Shown piece after piece: positions 10,646 through 24,100 of a stretch of DNA of 64,000 bases. Position 1 is the first letter of the stretch; each line of letters begins with the position of its first letter. Position numbers and translations under genes: made by a program. Source of the DNA: Octopus sinensis (taxonomy: Eukaryota); assembly GCF_006345805.1 (NCBI RefSeq), contig NW_021835954.1:124001-188000 (forward strand), read 5' to 3'. Below the pieces are notes generated by a model. That model made no database searches and was not told where the DNA came from. It saw only the letters and a list, made by a program, of their open reading frames with translations.

Positions 10646-10692
10646 ATGGCAACCGAATAATTGTCACATATAATATACATATATATATATAT

Positions 10693-10746
<54 letters not shown>

Positions 10747-10751
<5 letters not shown>

Positions 10752-10868
10752 AAATTTAGAGGATTGACCACTAAAAATGAACTGCTTGTATGCTAGATAT
10801 AAACGTCAAAATCGCCATTTTCCACGGAGGTTGTCCACTTTTAGTGGTCAATCCTCTAAATTTTGTAT
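10747..10868. repeat. Perfect 30-bp inverted repeat, 62-nt spacer
   Basis: atacaaaatttagaggattgaccactaaaa / ttttagtggtcaatcctctaaattttgtat. Confidence 0.9.
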
Positions 10869-10967
10869 GTAAAAAAATTTTTAATCTTCGGATTTTTTTA
10901 AATAGGCCACTGGTTTTAATTGATTAATATCAATTTCTACCCTTATCTAATTATATATATATATATT

Positions 10968-11025
<58 letters not shown>

Positions 11026-11739
11026 ATATGGCATAAGTAAGAACAGCAGGTATTCTAAATTCAAATTTGAAACATTTTGAGGGGGTGAAGGACCCCGACT
11101 GTCGACAAATAAATGTGGGGGCTGACACCTGTACGCTTCTTAATAGCATGGCATAGAAGTAGGAACGTAAAGTGTAATTTGCTCGGGGCATTATTGGCAG
11201 TACCATATTTATTGTACTATAAGGTTTACCGAAGCAACAAGGCTATTAAGTGTCACACCAATGTACATATCTGAGATTAAAATGAGCCAAGGAGGGAGCC
11301 AATACTTGATAGTCCGATTTAATAGAAATAGCAGTCAAATCTCTGAAACCACATCATTCATCTGTAAAAAGATGGGACGGTTGTGTCTAAAATACCTAGG
11401 CATGCTCGATTAGGGCTCGCTTGGGGTCTAACTACAACTACAAAAGCCAGACTTAGGAAAGAACAAAAACAGAATGGACAGTGACATAAAATGTTATAGT
11501 TTCAGCAATCGATCAAAACAGGTGGGTGTTGTTTAACCCCAAGTCTTCCCTGATCCATAATGGATCGGAGATGGTTTTAGTTGCAATTTTACAGTAAATG
11601 TATCTCGGATAACAAAACACACTGCGTCGCTCATTCCTCTTTGACAAAGATGAGAGATTGCCGTGATACTGGGAGAAGTGTTTGACACACATGTATACAC
11701 ACATAGGGACGGGCACACATACACGTGTGTGCGTGTGAA

Positions 11740-11771
<32 letters not shown>

Positions 11772-12195
11772 ACATACATACATACACACACATACATACA
11801 TACATACACACATACACAAATACACACACACATACATACATGCATACATACATACATACATACATACATACATACATACATACATACATACATACATAGG
11901 TGATGTGTGTGTGTATAAATTGTGGGGGCGGGTGCAAGTTAATCCCTTGCTATTCTAGAATTTAGCCTGTGAATTTACAGGATCAGCAAACAATATATAT
12001 ATGTGTGTGTGTGTGTGTGTTGCTATATGAAAACTTAAGGTGGTTTTAGAGTCGGTTGATGGCTGCTATTTTCAGCATGGTGGTATCTCGTAGATACCCT
12101 AATTTATTATTACCTTTGAAGGTTATTTTTTCCATGCTAACCACTTGATAGATTCGTTATTTTATTTTAAATTGACGATCTTATCCTTATATATG

Positions 12196-12298
12196 TGTTA
12201 TGGCCGGTCAGAGAATGACCATTGGTTTTACACCTATAACACTCTTAGCTGTAGCTATAGCTACGAAACCAATGGTCACTCTCTGACTGGCCATAACA
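12196..12298. repeat. ~33-bp imperfect inverted repeat (MITE-like hairpin)
   Basis: tgttatggccggtcagagaatgaccattggttt / aaaccaatggtcactctctgactggccataaca. The spacer contains the 14-bp palindrome gtagctatagctac. Confidence 0.8.
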
Positions 12299-12363
12299 AA
12301 CAAAGTATTACTGCTCTTATGTTTTAGACTGTGCTTCTTTTCGAATATATGAGCTACTGACCG

Positions 12364-12400
<37 letters not shown>

Positions 12401-12974
12401 ATGCATATGTGTGTAAACATATACATACAGATATATGTATATTTAACACACACACACGTGTAAACGCGGATATTTTCCATAAGAAATGGTGGAGTCTTAA
12501 AGGGAAAGAACCAAAAGCAGACCTAAAGAATCTAAATTCGAAATTCTTTGACGGGAAAAGGTCTCTGTCAACCAACAGTGATATGTACGGGTGACAACTG
12601 CTCCTACTGCATGGCATGAAAAGTGGAAACATGATGATGGGGTGTGTGTAGGTATGCTGATGCAAACAGGAAAAATTAAACTCAAAAATATGATATATAT
12701 GTGTATTTTTAATCATGTTTAGCAGAGCGGAAGATTGACAGTGACTTCGGAGTTTCGGATGACTGTCATCATAGTGGCTGATGAGATTGACATCTCGCTG
12801 GTTAACTGAATCTTCGAAGTTACTATCATCTTTTTCCTTGTAAGAATTCATGAATATAGTATTCTTTAAAAAAATATTAAATAATCCTTCAGTTTTATAT
12901 AAAGCCGTTCTTTTTTTGTTTTGTTTTTTTGGGGGTTTTTTGGTATATAAACTTAGATATAACAAAACATTAAT

Positions 12975-13236
<262 letters not shown>

Positions 13237-13280
13237 GCTTTAAAAGAGATACAGGTTAGCAAAAAATTCTTTCAACTTAC

Positions 13281-14267
13281 CACTTGCAATAACCGAAGAA
13301 TTCCTTGGAACGATCGACAGTATTGAAAATTCCAGGTTAGGATGATGTGGTCATTGGGAACGGCAGAGAGATGTGGACAGTCGGAAGAGCAAGACGATGT
13401 ATAGATGTGCGGTTTGCAAGACGAGGAGGTTTTCATGATAGCAGCATGGTGGGGGAACCCAGCCGAGGAGCTGCAACACAAACAAGATGCGTTGCTATCG
13501 ACATGGAAGCTCTTGGGGCAGCGAGTTCCGAGTCTTCCTCCACAAAGCTCTTGGTTGAGGGTGGCTGGAAGGCTGTTGTTGTTTCCGTTGTTGTTGTTGA
13601 TGTTGTTGTTGTTGTTATTATTATTGAGCGTTGGCTGGACAGTGGGAAAGATGGAAGACTTGGACAAGGAAGCTGGATTACATGGCGTTACCTGTTGGTG
13701 GTCTGAGAGAAGGTGATTGTGATTGTGGTGGTGGTGGTAGTGCTGGTGGTGGTGGTGGTGGTGATCGTCGTGGTCGTGGCCGTCGTCGTGACTATGATGT
13801 TGGTGGTTGTTGTGGTGATGATGATGATGATGACGATAAAATCCAGGAGAATTAGCTAGAAGAGGGATGTTGCAGTGCCGCTGATGCGACGGCGGAGACG
13901 GTGTCTGTTGTAGTTTATGGTGAGGAATGCGAAAGTGGTTCTGCGAGGCATTGCACTGCTTCGGTTGGTGAAATAATATTTTCGAGTGGTGTTGATGTGT
14001 CAGCGATGCCTGGTCAGCGCAACAGTAGCCATGCTCCTCATCATCTTCATCTTCATCTTCGTCGTCTTCATCAAGTAGACGTTGATGATTCGGTTGTTGT
14101 TGTTGTTGTTGTTGTTGCTGCTGCTGTTGTTGTTGATGGTGGTGCAGTTGTTTCAATCTCTGTTGGTAGAGCGATCTGGTCGCCTTCCACGGTTCTCGGA
14201 CACAGTTAGTCGACTGGAACAAACTTGTCCTTTCTGATGTTTCTTCGAATTTATCGTCATTCATCAT
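13281..14267 (-). CDS. First coding exon of a protein with polyQ/acidic/polyH/polyN N-terminus ending in a MARVEL-domain-like start (CMTM/plasmolipin-like)
   Basis: 987-bp open frame from ATG (MMNDDKFEE..., 14267) to LTWNFQYCRSFQGILRLLQV, followed by a canonical donor GTG|GTAAGT at 13280. An upstream acceptor ttttttcttttactccAG lies at 14400-14401. The MARVEL call rests on motif recall only, and downstream exons were not identified. Confidence 0.62.
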
Positions 14268-14311
14268 TACGCGTGACGAAAATCTCCAGCTCCGATTATA
14301 TTTATTATTAC

Positions 14312-14357
<46 letters not shown>

Positions 14358-15125
14358 CACGCAACATTTTCAGCGTAAATTGGAAATGTGTTTCGTTGAC
14401 TGGAGTAAAAGAAAAAACCAAAAAACAATCACATAATTAGCAGCGAAGAAAACAACAACAACAGTAGTAATATTAATAAAACCAAGTGATGTAAATGGAG
14501 AAGGGGTTAGGTAGGATAGGGGACAAGGCTGCAGTTAATTAAGATGCAACTGTCTTGTAGATCCCCAAATAAAGAATAAATAATTAGGTTTCTGTGTAAT
14601 TACGTAGACAGGGTTGAAGCGACTGATGTTCAATTTCACAACCTACAACTATATATATATATATATATGTGGCTGCATGTTTGAATATATATATTACAGT
14701 AAAAAGAAAAAAACTGCTGTATTTTATGCGCTGAATCCCTTGCCGTGTGTGTAGACTTGGATGAAAGGAAAGCAGTGGTTAATTAGAAAAAGACTGGAAA
14801 GACACAGGAGCAAGGTGTGTGTCGCTAGAACAAACAGCGAACAACGATCCGACGAGGTGTAAAAATTAACATGCGCTGAGCATTCTGGGTAGGAAGAACC
14901 TGGTAGGAAAAGACAGAAGGAAAAAATTGCAATTTACCTTGAAAGACAATTTACCAACTGCACCAACTGCACCAACTGCACAACAATCAAGGAGCGCAGA
15001 TATATTTAAAGATCTTGTTCATTTCCGTTAGTGTTGTTGTTGTTGTTGTTGTTAGCGTTTTGGCTCTGATTCTCTTTCTTTGGAAAATTCATTGAGAAAA
15101 TATGGATCCCTCAGGTCTATGTGTC

Positions 15126-18100
15126 ACTGATCTCTCTCTCAATGTATATACACACTATGCATCATGTATAATGTACACTGATCTCTCTCTCAATGTATAT
15201 ACACACTATGCATCATGTATAATGTACACTGATCTCCCTCCAAATGTATATATACACTGATCTCTCTCTCAATGTATATATACACTATGCATCATGTATA
15301 ATGTACACTGATCTCTCTCTCAATGTATATACACACTATGCATCATGTATAATGTACACTGATCTCTCTCTCAATGTATATACACACTATGCATCATGTA
15401 TAATGTACACTGATCTCTCTCCAAATGTATATATACACTGATCTCTCTCTCATGTATATATACACTATGCATCATGTATAATGTACACTGATCTCTCTCT
15501 CAATGTATATATACACTATGCATCATGTATATGTACACTGATCTCTCTCTCAATGTATATATACACTATGCATCATGTATAATGTAGACTGATCTCTCTC
15601 CAAATGTATATATACACTGATCTCTCTCTCAATTATATATACACTATGCATCATGTATAATGTACACCTCTCTCTCCAAATGTATATATACATTATGCAT
15701 CATGTATAATGTACACTGATCTCTCTCCAAATGTATATATACACTGATCTCTCTCTCAATGTATATACAACACACTATGCATCATGTATAATGGTACACT
15801 GATCTCTCTCCAAATGTATATATACACTGATCTCTCTCTCAATGTATATACACACTATGCATCATGTATAATGTACACTGATCTCTCTCCAAATGTATAT
15901 ATACACTGATCTCTCTCTCAATGTATATACACACTATGCATCATGTAAATGTACACTGATCTCTCTCTCAATGTATATACACATTATGCATCATGTATAA
16001 TGTACACTGATCTCTCTCTCAATGTATATATACACTATGCATCATGTATAATGTACACTGATCTCTCTCTCAATGTATATATACACTATGCATCATGTAT
16101 AATGTACACTGATCTCTCTCCAAATGTATATATACACTGATCTCTCTCTCTCAATGTATATATACACTATGCATCATGTATAATGTACACTGATCTCTCT
16201 CTCAATGTATATATACACTGATCTCTCTCTCAATGTATATATACACTGATCTCTCTCTCAATGTATATATACACTGATCTCTCTCTCAATGTATATATAC
16301 ACTGATCTCTCTCTCAATGTATATATACACTGATCTCTCTCTCAATGTATATATACACTATGCATCATGTATAATGTACACTGATCTCTCTCCAAATGTA
16401 TATATACACTGATCTCTCTCTCTCAATGTATATATACACTATGCATCATGTATAATGTACAGTGATCTCTCTCCAAATGTATATATACACTGATCTCTCT
16501 CTCAATGTATATATACACTATGCATCATGTATAATGTACACTGATCTCTCTCTCAATGTATATATACACTATGCATCATGTATAATGTACACTGATCTCT
16601 CTCTCAATGTATATATACACTGATCTCTCTCTCAATGTATATATACACTATGCATCATGTATAATGTACACTGATCTCTCTCTCAATGTATATATACACT
16701 ATGCATCATGTATAATGTACACTGATCTCTCTCCAAATGTATATATACACTGATCTCTCTCTCAATGTATATATACACTATGCATCATGTATAATGTACA
16801 CTGATCTCTCTCTCAATGTATATAACACTATGCATCATGTATAATGTACACTGATCTCTCTCTGTAAATGTATATAACACTGATCTCTCTCTCAATGTAT
16901 ATATACACTATGCATCATGTATAATGTACACTGATCTCTCTCAATGTATATATACACTATGCATCATGTATAATGTACACTGATCTCTCTCTCAATGTAT
17001 ATATACACTGATCTCTCTCTCATGTATATATACACTATGCATCATGTATAATGTACACTGATCTCTCTCTCAATGTATATACACTATGCATCATGTATAA
17101 TGTACACTGATCTCTCTCCAAATGTATATACACTGATCTCTCTCTCAATGTATATATACACTATGCATCATGTATAATGTACACTGATCTCTCTCTCAAT
17201 GTATATACACACTATGCATCATGTATAATGTACACTGATCTCTCTCCAAATGTATATATACACTGATCTCTCTCTCAATGTATATACACTATGCATCATG
17301 TATAATGTACACTGATCTCTCTCTCAATGTATATATACACTATGCATCATGTATAATGTACACTGATCTCTCTCCAAATGTATATATACACTGATCTCTC
17401 TCTCTCATATATACACTATGCATGATGTATAATGTACACTGATCTCTCTCTCAATGTATATACACACTATGCATCATGTATAATGTACACTGATCTCTCT
17501 CCAAATGTATATATACACTGATCTCTCTCTCAATGTATATATACACTATGCATCATGTATAATGTACACTGATCTCTCTCTCAATGTATATACACACTAT
17601 GCATCATGTATAATGTACACTGATCTCTCTCCAAATGTATATATACACTATGCATCATGTATAATGTACACTGATCTCTCTCTCAATGTATATATACACT
17701 ATGCATCATGTATAATGTACACTGATCTCTCTCTCAATGTATATATATACACTATGCATCATGTATAATGTACACTGATCTCTCTCCAAATGTATATATA
17801 CACTGATCTCTCTCTCAATGTATATATACACTATGCATCATGTATAATGTACACTGATCTCTCTCTCAATGTATATATACACTATGCATCATGTATAATG
17901 TACACTGATCTCTCTCCAAATGTATATATACACTGATCTCTCTCTCAATGTATATATACACTATGCATCATGTATAATGTACACTGATCTCTCTCTCAAT
18001 GTATATATACACTATGCATCATGTATAATGTACACTGATCTCTCTCCAAATGTATATATACACTGATCTCTCTCTCAATGTATATATACACTATGCATCA

Positions 18101-21100
18101 TGTATAATGTACACTGATCTCTCTCTCAATGTATATATACACTATGCATCATGTATAATGTACACTGATCTCTCTCTCAATGTTATATACACTATGCATC
18201 ATGTATAATGTACACTGATTTCTCTCTCAATGTATATATACACTATGCATCATGTATAATGTACACTGATCTCTCTCTCTCAATGTATATATACACTATG
18301 CATCATGTATAATGTACACTGATCTCTCTCCAAATGTATATATACACTATGCATCATGTATAATGTACACTGATCTCTCTCCAAATGTATATATATACAC
18401 TGATCTCTCTCTCAATGTATATATACACTATGCATCATGTATAATGTACACTGATCTCTCTCTCAATGTATATACACACTATGCATCATGTATAATGTAC
18501 ACTGATCTCTCTCCAAATGTATAATACACTGATCTCTCTCTCAATGTATATACACACTATGCATCATGTATAATGTACACTGATCTCTCTCTCAATGTAT
18601 TATACACTATGCATCATGTATAATGTACACTGATCTCTCTCTCAATGTATATACACTATGCATCATGTATAATGTACACTGATCTCTCTCCAAATGTATA
18701 TATACACTGATCTCTCTCCAATGTATATATACACTATGCATCATGTATAATGTACACTGATCTCTCTCTCATCAAGTATATATACACTATGCATCATGTA
18801 TAATGTACACTGATCTCTCTCTCAATGTATATATACACTATGCATCATGTATAATGTACACTGATCTCTCTCCAAATGTATATATACACTGATCTCTCTC
18901 TCAATGTATATATACACTATGCATCATGTGTAATGTACACTGATCTCTCTCTCAATGTATATATACACTATGCATCATGTATAATGTACACTGATTTCTC
19001 TCTCAATGTATATAACACTATGCATCATGTATAATGTACACTGATCTCTCTCTCAATGTATATATACACTATGCATCATGTATAATGTACACTGATCTCT
19101 CTCCAAATGTATATATACACTGATCTCTCTCTCAATGTATATATACACTATGCATCATGTATAATGTACACTGATTTCTCTCTCAATGTATATATACACT
19201 ATGCATCATGTATAATGTACACTGATCTCTCTCCAAATGTATATATACACTATGCATCATGTATAATGTACACTGATCTCTCTCCAAATGTATATATACA
19301 CTGATCTCTCTCTCTCAATGTATATACACACTCTGCATCATGTATAATGTACACTGATCTCTCTCTCAATGTATATATACACTATGCATCATGTATAATG
19401 TACACTGATCTCTCTCCAAATGTATATATACACTGATCTCTCTCTCAATGTATATACACACTATGCATCATGTATAATGTACACTGATCTCTCTCTCAAT
19501 GTATATATACACTGATCTCTCTCTCAATGTATATACACACTATGCATCATGTATAATGTACACTGATCTCTCTCCAAATGTATATATACATTATGCATCA
19601 TGTATAATGTACACTGATCTCTCTCCAAATGTATATATACACTGATCTCTCTCTCAATGTATATACACACTATGCATCATGTATAATGTACACTGATCTC
19701 TCTCCAAATGTATATATACACTGATCTCTCTCTCAATGTATATACACACTATGCATCATGTATAATGTACACTGATCTCTCTCCAAATGTATATATACAC
19801 TGATCTCTCTCTCAATGTATATACACACTATGCATCATGTATAATGTACACTGATCTCTCTCTCAATGTATATACACATTATGCATCATGTATAATGTAC
19901 ACAGATCTCTCTCTCAATGTATATATACACTATGCATCATGTATAATGTACACTGATCTCTCTCTCAATGTATATATACACTGATCTCTCTCTCAATGTA
20001 TATATACACTGATCTCTCTCTCAATGTATATACACACTCTGCATCATGTATAATGTACACTGATCTCTCTCCAAATGTATATATACACTGATCTCTCTCT
20101 CTCAATGTATATATACACTATGCATCATGTATAATGTACACTGATCTCTCTCTCAATGTATATATACACTGATCTCTCTCTCAATGTATATATACACTGA
20201 TCTCTCTCTCAATGTATATATACACTGATCTCTCTCTCAATGTATATATACACTGATCTCTCTCTCAATGTATATATACACTATGCATCATGTATAATGT
20301 ACACTGATCTCTCTCCAAATGTATATATACACTGATCTCTCTCTCTCAATGTATATATACACTATGCATCATGTATAATGTACAGTGATCTCTCTCTCAA
20401 TGTATATATACACTGATCTCTCTCTCAATGTATATATACACTATGCATCATGTATAATGTACACTGATCTCTCTCCAAATGTATATATACACTGATCTCT
20501 CTCTCAATGTATATATACACTATGCATCATGTATAATGTACACTGATCTCCCTCTCAATGTATATATACACTATGCATCATGTATAATGTACACTGATCT
20601 CTCTCTCAATGTATATATACACTGATCTCTCTCTCAATGTATATATACACTATGCATCATGTATAATGTACACTGATCTCTCTCTCAATGTATATATACA
20701 CTATGCATCATGTATAATGTACACTGATCTCTCTCCAAATGTATATATACACTGATCTCTCTCTCAATGTATATAACACTCTCTGCATCATGTATAATGT
20801 ACACTGATCTCTCTCTCAATGTATATACACACTATGCATCATGTATAATGTACACTGATCTCTCTCCAAATGTATATATACACTGATCTCTCTCTCAATG
20901 TATATATACACTATGCATCATGTATAATGTACACTGATCTCTCTCTCAATGTATATATACACTATGCATCATGTATAATGTACACTGATCTCTCTCCAAA
21001 TGTATATATACACTGATCTCTCTCTCAATGTATATATACACTATGCATCATGTATAATGTACACTGATCTCTCTCTCAATGTATATACACACTATGCATC

Positions 21101-24100
21101 ATGTATAATGTACACTGATCTCTCTCCAAATGTATATATACACTGATCTCTCTCTCAATGTATATATACACTATGCATCATGTATAATGTACACTGACCT
21201 CTCTCTCAATGTATATACACACTATGCATCATGTATAATGTACACTGATCTCTCTCCAAATGTATATATACACTATGCATCATGTATAATGTACACTGAT
21301 CTCTCTCTCAATGTATATATACACTATGCATCATGTATAAGGTACACTGATCTCTCTCTCAATGTATATATACACTATGCATCATGTATAATGTACACTG
21401 ATCTCTCTCCAAATGTATATATACACTGATCTCTCTCTCAATGTATATATACACTATGCATCATGTATAATGTACACTGATCTCTCTCTCAATGTATATA
21501 TACACTATGCATCATGTATAATGTACACTGATCTCTCTCCAAATGTATATATACACTGATCTCTCTCACAATGTATATATACACTATGCATCATGTATAA
21601 TGTACACTGATCTCTCTCTCAATGTATATATACACTATGCATCATGTATAATGTACACTGATCTCTCTCCAAATGTATATATACACTGATCTCTCTCTCA
21701 ATGTATATATACACTATGCATCATGTATAATGTACACTGATCTCTCTCCATGTATATATACACTATGCATCATGTATAATGTACACTGATCTCTCTCTCA
21801 ATGTATATATACACTATGCATCATGTATAATGTACACTGATTTCTCTCTCAATGTATATATACACTATGCATCATGTATAATGTACACTGATCTCTCTCT
21901 CAATGTATATATACACTATGCATCATGTATAATGTACACTGATCTCTCTCCAAATGTATATATACACTATGCATCATGTATAATGTACACTGATCTCTCT
22001 CCAAATGTATATATACACTGATCTCTCTCTCAATGTATATATACACTATGCATCATGTATAATGTACACTGATCTCTCTCTCAATGTATATACACACTAT
22101 GCATCATGTATAATGTACACTGATCTCTCTCTCTCTCCAAATGTATATATACACTGATCTCTCTCTCAATGTATATACACACTATGCATCATGTATAATG
22201 TACACTGATCTCTCTCTCAATGTATATATACACTATGCATCATGTATAATGTACACTGATCTCTCTCTCAATGTATATATACACTATGCATCATGTATAT
22301 GTACTGATCTCTCTGATCTCTCTCCAATGTATATATACACTGATCTCTCTCTCAATGTATATATACACTATGCATCATGTATAATGTACACTGATCTCTC
22401 TCTCAATGTATATATACACTATGCATCATGTATAATGTACACTGATCTCTCTCTCAATGTATATATACACTATGCATCATGTATAATGTACACTGATCTC
22501 TCTCCAAATGTATATATACACTGATCTCTCTCTCAATGTATATATACACTATGCATCATGTATAATGTACACTGATCTCTCTCTCAATGTATATATACAC
22601 TATGCATCATGTATAATGTACACTGATCTCTCTCTCAATGTATATATACACTATGCATCATGTATAATGTACACTGATTTCTCTCTCAATGTATATATAC
22701 ACTATGCATCATGTATAATGTACACTGATCTCTCTCTCAATGTATATATACACTATGCATCATGTATAATGTACACTGATCTCTCTCTCAATGTATATAT
22801 ACACTATGCATCATGTATAATGTACACTGATCTCTCTCCAAATGTATATATACACTGATCTCTCTCTCAATGTATATATACACTATGCATCATGTATAAT
22901 GTACACTGATTTCTCTCTCAATGTATATATACACTATGCATCATGTATAATGTACACTGATCTCTCTCCAAATGTATATATACACTATGCATCATGTATA
23001 ATGTACACTGATCTCTCTCCAAATGTATATATACACTGATCTCTCTCTCAATGTATATACACACTCTGCATCATGTATAATGTACACTGATCTCTCTCTC
23101 AATGTATATATACACTATGCATCATGTATAATGTACACTGATCTCTCTCCAAATGTATATATACACTGATCTCTCTCTCAATGTATACACACTATGCATC
23201 ATGTATAATGTACACTGATCTCTCTCTCAATGTATATACACACTATGCAACATGTATAATGTACACTGATCTCTCTCTCAATGTATATATACACTATGCA
23301 TCATGTATGATGTACACTGATCTCTCTCCAAATGTATATATACACTGATCTCTCTCTCAATGTATATATACACTATGCATCATGTATAATGTACACTGAT
23401 CTCTCTCTCAATGTATATATACACTATGCATCATGTATAATGTACACTGATCTCTCTCTCAATGTATATATACACTATGCATCATGTATAATGTACACTG
23501 ATTTCTCTCTCAATGTATATATACACTATGCATCATGTATAATGTACACTGATCTCTCTCTCAATGTATATATACACTATGCATCATGTATAATGTACAC
23601 TGATCTCTCTCCAAATGTATTATACACTATGCATCATGTAAATGTACACTGATCTCTCTCCAAATGTATATATACACTGATCTCTCTCTCAATGTATATA
23701 TACACTATGCATCATGTATAATGTACACTGATCTCTCTCTCAATGTATATATACACTATGCATCATGTATAATGTACACTGATCTCTCTCTCAATGTATA
23801 TATACACTATGCATCATGTATAATGTACACTGATCTCTCTCCAAATGTATATATACACTGATCTCTCTCTCAATGTATATATACACTATGCATCATGTAT
23901 AATGTACACTGATCTCTCTCTCAATGTATATATACACTATGCATCATGTATAATGTACACTGATCTCTCTCCAAATGTATATATACACTGATCTCTCTCT
24001 CAATGTATATATACACTATGCATCATGTATAATGTACACTGATCTCTCTCTCAATGTATATATACACTATGCATCATGTATAATGTACACTGATCTCTCT

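Larger units (their letters stand above)
9417..10671. repeat. ~1.25-kb fold-back element, family B (arms ~9417-10003 and ~10135-10671)
   Basis: atatgtgacaattattcggttgcc... versus ...ggcaaccgaataattgtcacatat. Internal landmarks (gatgctcatagcaatcgcgtatgcgcgc; cagttatattcaaatgcacgtc) are mirrored. Flanked by (TA)n on both sides. Confidence 0.9.

Noticed and set aside
12735-12775. Hammerhead-like GAAAC-TCCGAA-GTC^ closed by gacagt/actgtc on the minus strand
   Set aside because: No CUGANGA core or stem II in the required position, so it is a simple hairpin.
13347-14440. Plus-strand ORFs overlapping the 13.3-14.3 kb exon
   Set aside because: These are antisense shadows of trinucleotide repeats. 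Only the minus frame has an ATG, a canonical donor and a domain-like end.
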